A DNA stretch of 64,000 nt from an uncultured Chroococcidiopsis sp. (GTDB lineage Bacteria; Cyanobacteriota; Cyanobacteriia; Cyanobacteriales; Chroococcidiopsidaceae). Positions 55,258 through 64,000 of the stretch are shown piece by piece. Both the position numbers and the translations under genes were made by a program. Within the stretch, counting starts at the first letter, position 1. Each line of letters starts with the position of its first letter. The stretch is taken from the NCBI GenBank assembly GCA_964248365.1, contig CAXTYC010000002.1, forward strand, positions 331,275 through 395,274, in the 5' to 3' direction. The notes below the pieces were generated by a model. The model saw only the letters and a program-made list of their open reading frames with translations, was not told where the DNA came from and ran no database searches.

Positions 55258-55773
55258 CTACCCACTAGTTTCGTCAGCGTATCCTTGAATATTTTCTGGT
55301 TCAAAGGAGCGTAGAATTCGGGTAGCTTGACGAGTAACACTTTCATTACCCGTAACTACAATTAAATACTTGCCAGCATTCAGACGGTTACGGTAGGGTA
55401 AAGCGTCACCACTACCAAACACTAAGCCTGTCGCACCACCTGAGAATATACTACCCATAGCACCAGCACCAGCGCCCAACAAGCCACCGATTAAGGCATT
55501 ACCAATTTCACCCGCCCAAGGAAATGTATTCAAACCAGTCAGACGGTTGAACGTCAAGCCAGCCACAAAGCCGAAGGGAACAAGCCAAATAGCCATTAGC
55601 TGGAATTGCTTTTTAGCTTGCTCGTTGGGATCAATTAAACCAAACTCGTCAGCACTTTTGTATCCTCTACCAAGTATGGTAACTTGCTCGGTAGGTACGC
55701 CCTGTTTCTCTAGGGCTGTGTAAGCCTCTTCTGCTTGGATACGATCTGGTAACACGGCAACAAGGTAATTCAT
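55258..55773 (-). CDS. Conserved cyanobacterial membrane protein with glycine-zipper helices
   Basis: MNYLVAVLPDRIQAEEAY, GGLLGAGAGAMGS, YRNRLNAGKYLIVV. Confidence 0.8.
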   Translation of the reverse strand: MNYLVAVLPDRIQAEEAYTALEKQGVPTEQVTILGRGYKSADEFGLIDPNEQAKKQFQLMAIWLVPFGFVAGLTFNRLTGLNTFPWAGEIGNALIGGLLGAGAGAMGSIFSGGATGLVFGSGDALPYRNRLNAGKYLIVVTGNESVTRQATRILRSFEPENIQGYADETSG

Positions 55774-56150
55774 AGATGTGATAACTGTTATCTAAAATTT
55801 GTCTTTATTAAGGTTTAAGGATCAAGGCAAAGATTTCCCTAACCCTTTTTTTGAATCTGAGCGATCGCCTGTTAACGAGTGTGCAGTTATTGACACATCA
55901 GATAAAGGCAGCGCTTAAAGGCAGCCGCGAAGCAATTATCATTCAAATAACAACTTAGCAGCTTTAGGCGTGGCGCTGGTAGTTGGTAGTTGGTAACTGA
56001 TAACTGGTAACTGATAAGCTAGAAATCCTTAATAAAAGTCATGGCTACTACATGACAAAACGAGGTAGTTTAAAACAATACTTAATATACGCAATTATTT
56101 CACATTATTATTAATAGTGCGATTTTCCCATTCGATCCCTTTTGCTAATC

Positions 56151-57731
56151 ATGGCTAAAGTTCTTGTATCAGATCCAATTGACCAGGCTGGAATTGACAT
56201 CCTTTCGCAAGTTGCTACTGTAGACGTAAAAACTGGGCTGTCGCCAGAGCAACTAGTACAGATTATTCCCCAGTACGACGCGCTGATGATTCGCTCAGGT
56301 AGCAGGATTACCAAGGAAATCATTGAAGCTGGGCAGCAACTGAAAATCATCGGTCGAGCAGGTGTAGGCGTTGATAATGTAGACGTTCCAGCGGCAACAC
56401 GTCAAGGAATTGTAGTAGTTAATTCTCCCGAAGGAAATACCATCGCCGCCGCCGAACACGCGCTCGCCATGATGTTAGCTCTGTCTCGCTACATTCCTGA
56501 TGCTAACGCTTCAGTTAAACGTGGCGAATGGGATCGCAAAACCTTTATCGGTACTGAAGTATACAAAAAAACTCTAGGAGTTGTCGGTTTAGGTAAAATC
56601 GGTTCCCATGTTGCCACAGCGGCAAAAGCAATGGGTATGAAACTGCTTGCTTATGACCCATTTATCTCTAGAGAACGAGCAGAGCAATTAGGCTGTCGTT
56701 TGGTAGAAATCGATATCCTACTACAGGAAGCAGATTATATCACACTGCACATCCCCAAAACGCCAGAAACCGCAAATCTAATTAATACAGAAGCACTATC
56801 AAGAATGAAACCTACTGCCCGCATTATTAACTGCGCCAGGGGTGGCATCATTGATGAAGCAGCTTTGGCATCCGCACTCAAAGCTGGCAAAATTGCAGGT
56901 GCAGCTTTGGATGTGTACGATAAAGAACCGCTGGGGGAATCTCCCTTGAGGTCATTGGGGAAAGAGATTATCCTTACTCCCCACTTGGGAGCTTCAACCG
57001 CTGAAGCGCAAGTTAACGTAGCGATCGATGTAGCAGAACAAATCCGCGATGTTCTGCTGGGACTACCAGCGCGATCGGCTGTTAACATCCCTGGACTCAG
57101 CCCCGACGTGCTAGAAGAACTCAGACCTTATATGCAACTAGCTGAAACTCTAGGCACTATGGTAAGTCAACTAGCTGGGGGTAGGGTAGAATTGCTAAAT
57201 ATCAAACTACAAGGCGAACTGGCAACAAATAAAAGCCAGCCCCTGGTAGTAGCAGCGCTCAAAGGTTTACTTTCCCAAGCTCTCAGAGAAAGAGTAAATT
57301 ATGTCAATGCCAGCGTTGAAGCCAAAGAGCGAGGAATTCGCGTAATTGAAACGCGGGATGCATCGGTTCGTGACTATGCTGGCTCGTTACATCTGGCGGC
57401 TAAAGGATCGCTGGGCGAACATTCGGTCACAGGTGCTTTGTTGGGCGATGGTGAAATTCGCATTACTAGCATTGACGAGTTTCCGATTAACGTTCCCCCC
57501 AGCCCACATATGTTATTCACCCTACACCGCGATATGCCAGGGATTATTGGCAAAATTGGCTCCCTACTGGGTAGTTTTAATGTCAATATCGCCAGTATGC
57601 AAGTGGGACGCAAAATTGTGCGTGGTGATGCAGTTATGGTGCTGAATCTGGACGATCCCCTACCTGATGGCATTTTGAGCGAAATTATTAAAGTCTCAGG
57701 AATACGGGATGCTTATACAGTAACTTTATAA
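56151..57731 (+). CDS. serA: D-3-phosphoglycerate dehydrogenase
   Basis: GRAGVGVDNVD, GVVGLGKIG, INCARGG, TPHLGAST, C-terminal ASB and ACT domains. Confidence 0.97.
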   Translation: MAKVLVSDPIDQAGIDILSQVATVDVKTGLSPEQLVQIIPQYDALMIRSGSRITKEIIEAGQQLKIIGRAGVGVDNVDVPAATRQGIVVVNSPEGNTIAAAEHALAMMLALSRYIPDANASVKRGEWDRKTFIGTEVYKKTLGVVGLGKIGSHVATAAKAMGMKLLAYDPFISRERAEQLGCRLVEIDILLQEADYITLHIPKTPETANLINTEALSRMKPTARIINCARGGIIDEAALASALKAGKIAGAALDVYDKEPLGESPLRSLGKEIILTPHLGASTAEAQVNVAIDVAEQIRDVLLGLPARSAVNIPGLSPDVLEELRPYMQLAETLGTMVSQLAGGRVELLNIKLQGELATNKSQPLVVAALKGLLSQALRERVNYVNASVEAKERGIRVIETRDASVRDYAGSLHLAAKGSLGEHSVTGALLGDGEIRITSIDEFPINVPPSPHMLFTLHRDMPGIIGKIGSLLGSFNVNIASMQVGRKIVRGDAVMVLNLDDPLPDGILSEIIKVSGIRDAYTVTL

Positions 57732-57937
57732 AAGGGGTGAGGGGCGAGTGCAAGGGAAAAGGGAAAAGGGAAAAGGGAAAAGGGAAAACAATTATCAATT
57801 GTTCATTATTCATTGATAATTGTTAATTGATAATTGATAATTGCTCCCCATCTCCCCCTCTCCTCCTCTCCCCTACACCCTACTCCCTACGTACAGACGT
57901 AGCATTGCTACGTCTCTACTCCCTACTCCCTTGTGAC

Positions 57938-58828
57938 ATGGCAAATAATTGGTGGGAACTGCAAATTCGTTGTGATCCTGATTTGGAAGATGCTATCTTC
58001 TGGCGTTTGGAAAAATTTGGCTGCCGAGGTATGGCTAGCGAGAAAAAAGGTAATGCCTTTTTAGTCAAGGCATACTTGCCTAGAGATCAGGTACAGTTAT
58101 TAGACTTAGCGGCGCTTTCCCTCTGGCTAAGGCAGGATGCACTGCTGATGGAGCGATCGCAGCCTACTATGCAATGGCAGCTCATTGACGAGAAAGACTG
58201 GGCAACTAGCTGGAAGGAACATTGGAAACCCCTGGAAATAGGCGATCGCTTTTTAATCTATCCCGCATGGCTACCAATTCCAGAACACTGCGATCGTCTC
58301 CTGCTACGCCTCGATCCTGGTGTTGCTTTTGGCACGGGTAATCATGCCACAACTGCACTGTGTCTGGAAGCCCTAGAAATGCGAATCGATGAAGATACCA
58401 AAAATACCGTAGTTGTTGATATTGGCTGTGGTTCTGGTATTCTCTCAATTGGAGCAGTTTTGCTAGGAGCAAGCAAAGTCTATGCCTTGGATACTGACTT
58501 ATTGGCAGTCAAATCTGCTCGTAGCAATCGACAGCTCAATCAAATTAGCCATCAGCAAATGATTGTCGAGCATGGCAGTATAGAGCTATTGCCTCATCTG
58601 ACATCTGAACAAGTTGATGGCATTGTCTGCAATATTTTGGCAGACGTGATTATTGATCTAATTCCGCAAATAAGTGCGATCGCCCTTCCCTCAACTTGGG
58701 GCATACTAAGCGGTATTTTACTCGACCAATCACAATCAGTTGCTGATACCCTAGAACAGAACGGCTGGACTGTTGCTGCCCTCTGGCGACGGCAGGAATG
58801 GTGCTGTTTCAATATTCGGCGCTCTTGA
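57938..58828 (+). CDS. prmA: Ribosomal protein L11 methyltransferase
   Basis: [45 protein letters not shown]; start set at MANNW. Confidence 0.95.
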   Translation: MANNWWELQIRCDPDLEDAIFWRLEKFGCRGMASEKKGNAFLVKAYLPRDQVQLLDLAALSLWLRQDALLMERSQPTMQWQLIDEKDWATSWKEHWKPLEIGDRFLIYPAWLPIPEHCDRLLLRLDPGVAFGTGNHATTALCLEALEMRIDEDTKNTVVVDIGCGSGILSIGAVLLGASKVYALDTDLLAVKSARSNRQLNQISHQQMIVEHGSIELLPHLTSEQVDGIVCNILADVIIDLIPQISAIALPSTWGILSGILLDQSQSVADTLEQNGWTVAALWRRQEWCCFNIRRS

Positions 58829-58920
58829 GTAAGCTATTAGCTGTTAGCGGTAACAAGTAATTGGTAGTTGGTAGTTGGTAACTGATAACTGGTAACTGGT
58901 AACTGATAGTGCGCTAACAG

Positions 58921-59238
58921 CTAAATAAAGCTTTGTAAATGTTGAATTAGCTGTGGAGCAGACATAACACCCTCAATGCGATCCACTGGTTTACCTTGCT
59001 TAAACACTACCAATGTCGGTAGGGCGTGAATGTGATACTGACTTGCTAGCTGGGGATATTTATCAGTGTTAATTTTCACTACCCTAATTTTGGGTTTAAG
59101 GAAGGCATTCACTTGTTCTAAAATGGGAGCCATCATTTGACATGGACCACACCAGTCAGCGTAAAAGTCAACCACTACTGGGATATCAGCGCTAGAGAGT
59201 ATTTCTTCAAAGTTGTTGAAATTTTGTTTAGTCGCCAT
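58921..59238 (-). CDS. Thioredoxin (probably y-type)
   Basis: VVDFYADWCGPCQMM, KINTDKYP, ALPTL. Confidence 0.93.
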   Translation of the reverse strand: MATKQNFNNFEEILSSADIPVVVDFYADWCGPCQMMAPILEQVNAFLKPKIRVVKINTDKYPQLASQYHIHALPTLVVFKQGKPVDRIEGVMSAPQLIQHLQSFI

Positions 59239-59381
59239 AAAAAAACCAATTTTATCTTTTTTCACCCTCAATCTTAGCTCTTGCAAATTTTAATTGCCTT
59301 AAGTTGTGAGGGTTTAATCGGCTTAAGATAAGTGAGCGTAATAAACTTGAGAATTACACCCATAGTCGAAGAGAGATTGTT

Positions 59382-60143
59382 ATGGAATTGCCAGAAAATA
59401 CGCAACGGTTGCGCGACATGGTGGCAATTGTTACAGGTGCTTCACGGGGAATTGGTCGAGCGATCGCCCAAGCTTTAGCAGAGGAAGGAGCCAAAGTAGT
59501 CATCAACTATGCCAGTGCTAGTACAGCAGCTCAACAGGTAGTATCAGAAATTACCTCCTTTGGTGGCGAGGCGATCGCCATACAAGCCGATGTCTCCGAA
59601 CAAGATCAGGTAGAAGCTCTTGTCAATGCCGTAATGGAAAAATGGCACCGCATTGACATATTAATTAACAATGCTGGCATTACCCGCGACACTCTGTTAG
59701 TACGAATGAAGCCCGAAGATTGGCAAGCAGTAATTGACCTTAACCTGACTGGCGTTTTCTTGTGTACCAAAGCTGTCAGTAAAGTCATGCTCAAGCAACG
59801 TAGCGGACGAATCATCAACATTACATCTGTCGCTGGACAGATGGGCAATCCAGGTCAAGCCAACTACAGTGCCGCCAAAGCAGGTGTAATTGGATTTACC
59901 AAAACCGTTGCCAAAGAACTTGCTGGGCGCGGTATCATCGTCAACGCCGTCGCCCCAGGCTTCATCGCTACCGACATGACCAGTAAAATCAATGCAGAAG
60001 AAATTCTTAAATATATCCCCTTGAGTCGTTACGGACAACCAGAAGAAGTCGCTGGTATGGTGCGTTTCCTCGCTGCCGATCCATCCGCTAGCTATATCAC
60101 AGGTCAAGTCTTCAACGTAGACGGCGGTATGGTAATGGCATGA
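59382..60143 (+). CDS. fabG: 3-oxoacyl-ACP reductase
   Basis: TGASRGIG, NNAGITRD, GQANYSAAKAG, NAVAPGFIAT, NVDGG. Confidence 0.95.
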   Translation: MELPENTQRLRDMVAIVTGASRGIGRAIAQALAEEGAKVVINYASASTAAQQVVSEITSFGGEAIAIQADVSEQDQVEALVNAVMEKWHRIDILINNAGITRDTLLVRMKPEDWQAVIDLNLTGVFLCTKAVSKVMLKQRSGRIINITSVAGQMGNPGQANYSAAKAGVIGFTKTVAKELAGRGIIVNAVAPGFIATDMTSKINAEEILKYIPLSRYGQPEEVAGMVRFLAADPSASYITGQVFNVDGGMVMA

Positions 60144-60147
60144 GAGA

Positions 60148-60358
60148 GGGGCTAGGGGCTAGAGGCTGGGGGCTAGAGGCTAGAGGCTAGAGGCTAGAGG
60201 CTAGAGGCTAGAGGCTAGAGGAACTAGAGGGTAATTTCCCCCCTGCCCCCCTGCCCCCCTGCCCCTCTCTCCCCCAATCCCCATCCCCTGCGGGGACGGG
60301 GAAGAGCGAGTCCCCCCTGCTTCCCCTAGCCCCTAGCCCCTAATCCCTAGCCCCCCAG
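60148..60358. repeat. STRR block (GAGGCTA/GGGGCTA)n followed by (CCCCCTG)n and (CCCCTAG)n
   Basis: Tandem heptamers in opposed orientations between fabG and groEL. Confidence 0.9.
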
Positions 60359-60385
60359 TTAGCACTCTTTAGCAGTGAGTGCTAA
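60359..60385 (+). promoter_or_regulatory. CIRCE element (HrcA operator)
   Basis: Perfect TTAGCACTC-N9-GAGTGCTAA, ending 33 bp before the groEL ATG. Confidence 0.97.
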
Positions 60386-60406
60386 ATTGATAAATGGGAA
60401 GCGTGA

Positions 60407-62101
<1,695 letters not shown>

Positions 62102-62113
62102 TCTCCCTTGCAT

Positions 62114-62285
62114 CTCACATCTTGCACCTGCCTCTTCACCCGCTTTTGAATTCAAATTCAAAAGCTAATAGCCCAAATCCTCTTAAGAGGATTGCTCGCG
62201 GCATTGTGTCCATTTTAATGGACTTGAGTTACTTGCTGTGGAAATTAATTTCCTTGCGGTCGAGAGCGATGGTGCAAGATCTGAG
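62114..62285. mobile_element. 172-bp MITE of the same family as 23144-23313, opposite orientation
   Basis: CTCACATCTTGCACC...GGTGCAAGATCTGAG; flanks TGCAT/TGCGT; shared internal palindromes. Confidence 0.85.
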
Positions 62286-62359
62286 TGCGTTGATACCGTC
62301 GGGGTACTCATACCGAGTACCCTTTTTTTGTATAAAAGTCTTTTTTTGTTTCTCGCAAT

Positions 62360-62472
62360 AGACTTGGACACAAGCGATGGCGGGTTTCCCGACAGGAGGC
62401 AAAGTGTCCGCGCAAAGCCGCGATCGTTCGGACGCAAAAAGTTCCGCGCTGCGCCCCTTATGCAAGAAGTCT
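62360..62472. mobile_element. MITE-like element AGACTT...TGCAAGAAGTCT with 3-bp AAT duplication
   Basis: AAT at 62357-62359 and 62473-62475; removal restores GCAATGCCCACC; solo end AGACTTCTTGCA also at 2500. Confidence 0.6.
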
Positions 62473-62934
62473 AATGCCCACCACCAACATCAAACTCGTT
62501 ACTTGAGATCAAACTCAACAGATTAAACCAGGCTTTGCCTCGTCAAACTCCTATCAGTTGTAGCCCAGCATTGCCCACCTGACATCAAACTCGTTATCAG
62601 GCTACTTTTAGCTACTTCTTTTGGCTCAACATGAGAATCTGGTTACAAACTCGTTGCCAGCCTACGTCGTGGGCATGGGTAACAGACTACTGTCTACTCA
62701 AATCCACGTAATTAGAAATACTGAGATTATATTGAATTTTAATATTTATACAAATTCTACCACATTTCAAGAGTAAAAACACATAAAAAATCACTTTTTA
62801 TATTAAAAATTACCTAATAATTAGATAAAAGCAACTTGCGTTTCAGAAAATTATTTGTGAATTTACCGTAAATTCTCCCTAGCTTGTATAGCCTTTAAAA
62901 GGCTACTTTGGACATCAAAATATGAATTTTTGAT

Positions 62935-64000
62935 ATGTCCAGACTTTTAATTAGCCAATATCAATCAAACCTTGAGAAAATAATTCAATACGGTGGTTCG
63001 CGTAAAGAAACTGCTATTCGCATTGCCTTTCAAAACTTACTAAATGAGTATTGTGTACCCCGAAATTTTCAACTTATCCCTGAATTAGATTATAAAACTA
63101 AGAGTGGTAAAATTATTCGTCCCGATGGCACAGTAAAAGACGCTTTACGAATAGATTGGGGATATTGGGAAAGTAAAGATCAATATGACGAATTAGACCG
63201 AGAAATTGATAAAAAATTTGCCAAAGGATATCCAGACAGCAACATTCTGTTTGAAGATTCTCAAACAGCAGTTTTAATTCAGAGTGGAAGTGAAATCCTG
63301 CGTGTTCCCATGAAAGAGTGGGAAGCGCTAGATGGACTACTCAATCATTTTATTAACTATATTCGCCCTGAAGTAAAAGATTTTCGCGCTGCTATTGAAA
63401 ACTTTAAAAAAGACTTGCCGAATATTCTATATGAACTGCGTAATACGATTGATCAGCAACATGAGACAAATTCGGTTTTTGTAGATTATATCAATAAATT
63501 TTGGTCAATATGTAAAAACTCTATTAGTCCCGAACTCACATTATTAGATGTGCGGGAAATGATAATTCAGCATATTCTGACGGAAGACATTTTTATCAAT
63601 ATATTTAATGAATCACAATTTCACAAAGAGAATAATATTGCCCAAGAGTTACAACAAATAATCGACACCTTTTTCAAAGGTAGCACTAAAAGAAATATTA
63701 TAAGTAAGATTGAGCATTACTATGGAGTCATTAGAAGAACAGCAGCGAATATTTGTAATCATCATGAAAAGCAGAAGTTTCTGAAAGCCGTTTACGAAAA
63801 CTTCTACAAAGCATATAATCCTAAAGCTGCTGATAGACTAGGTATCGTCTACACGCCAAATGAAATCGTGCGTTTCATGATTGAAAGTGTAGATTATTTA
63901 ACGCACAAACATTTTAATAAGCTACTATCTGACAAAAACGTAGAAATTTTAGATCCTGCAACTGGTACAGGCACTTTCATTACTGAATTAATCGAATATT
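62935..64000 (+). CDS. Second single-chain R-M enzyme, paralogue of 40736-43930 (3'-partial)
   Basis: Hand translation MSRLLISQYQ...RPDGTVKDALRIDWGYWESKD...QHILTEDIF...YNPKAADRLGIVYTPNEIV...LDPATGTGTFITELIEY; runs off the window, so not in the ORF track. Confidence 0.92.
   Translation, partial: MSRLLISQYQSNLEKIIQYGGSRKETAIRIAFQNLLNEYCVPRNFQLIPELDYKTKSGKIIRPDGTVKDALRIDWGYWESKDQYDELDREIDKKFAKGYPDSNILFEDSQTAVLIQSGSEILRVPMKEWEALDGLLNHFINYIRPEVKDFRAAIENFKKDLPNILYELRNTIDQQHETNSVFVDYINKFWSICKNSISPELTLLDVREMIIQHILTEDIFINIFNESQFHKENNIAQELQQIIDTFFKGSTKRNIISKIEHYYGVIRRTAANICNHHEKQKFLKAVYENFYKAYNPKAADRLGIVYTPNEIVRFMIESVDYLTHKHFNKLLSDKNVEILDPATGTGTFITELIEY

Noticed and set aside
62122..62474. Four overlapping short ORFs downstream of groEL
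   Set aside because: They span MITE sequence and show no coding features
62480..62660. CRISPR array
   Set aside because: Repeat units are only about 8-15 bp with irregular spacing; no cas genes in the window

Overview
Cyanobacterial chromosome segment, supported by apcD, a PSII S4-domain gene, pmgA, frequent HIP1 octamers (GCGATCGC) and heptameric STRR repeats. It is mostly housekeeping genes: murC-murB, smpB, sbp-cysT-cysW, asnS, rlmD, purL-purF, tRNA-Leu(GAG), accC, scpA, speA, ndk, acs, thiE-thiS, serA-prmA, trx, fabG and a CIRCE-preceded groEL. Small accessory islets lie between them. Best candidates for an uncharacterised system: (1) an overlapping two-gene operon of a polynucleotide-kinase-like P-loop protein and a Thg1-like 3'-5' polymerase (45476-46706), a plausible RNA 5'-end heal-and-refill module; (2) an orphan structured element resembling an IS200/IS605 right end / TnpB omegaRNA (about 55085-55253); (3) a divergent module of an unknown gene and two tandem ribbon-helix-helix paralogues with a shared leader motif (52948-54089); (4) an unknown domain fused to a ribosomal-protein-S1-like domain next to attC-like remnants and a MITE-disrupted toxin-antitoxin pair (22560-24640); (5) two inverted paralogous single-chain restriction-modification genes about 19 kb apart. 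Reading the DNA directly also gave features missing from the ORF track: an amber-interrupted HNH-like gene, several frameshifted or deleted pseudogenes, MITEs with target-site duplications, and repeats inserted in frame into purL and the R-M gene. All family assignments come from motif recognition only; no searches were run.
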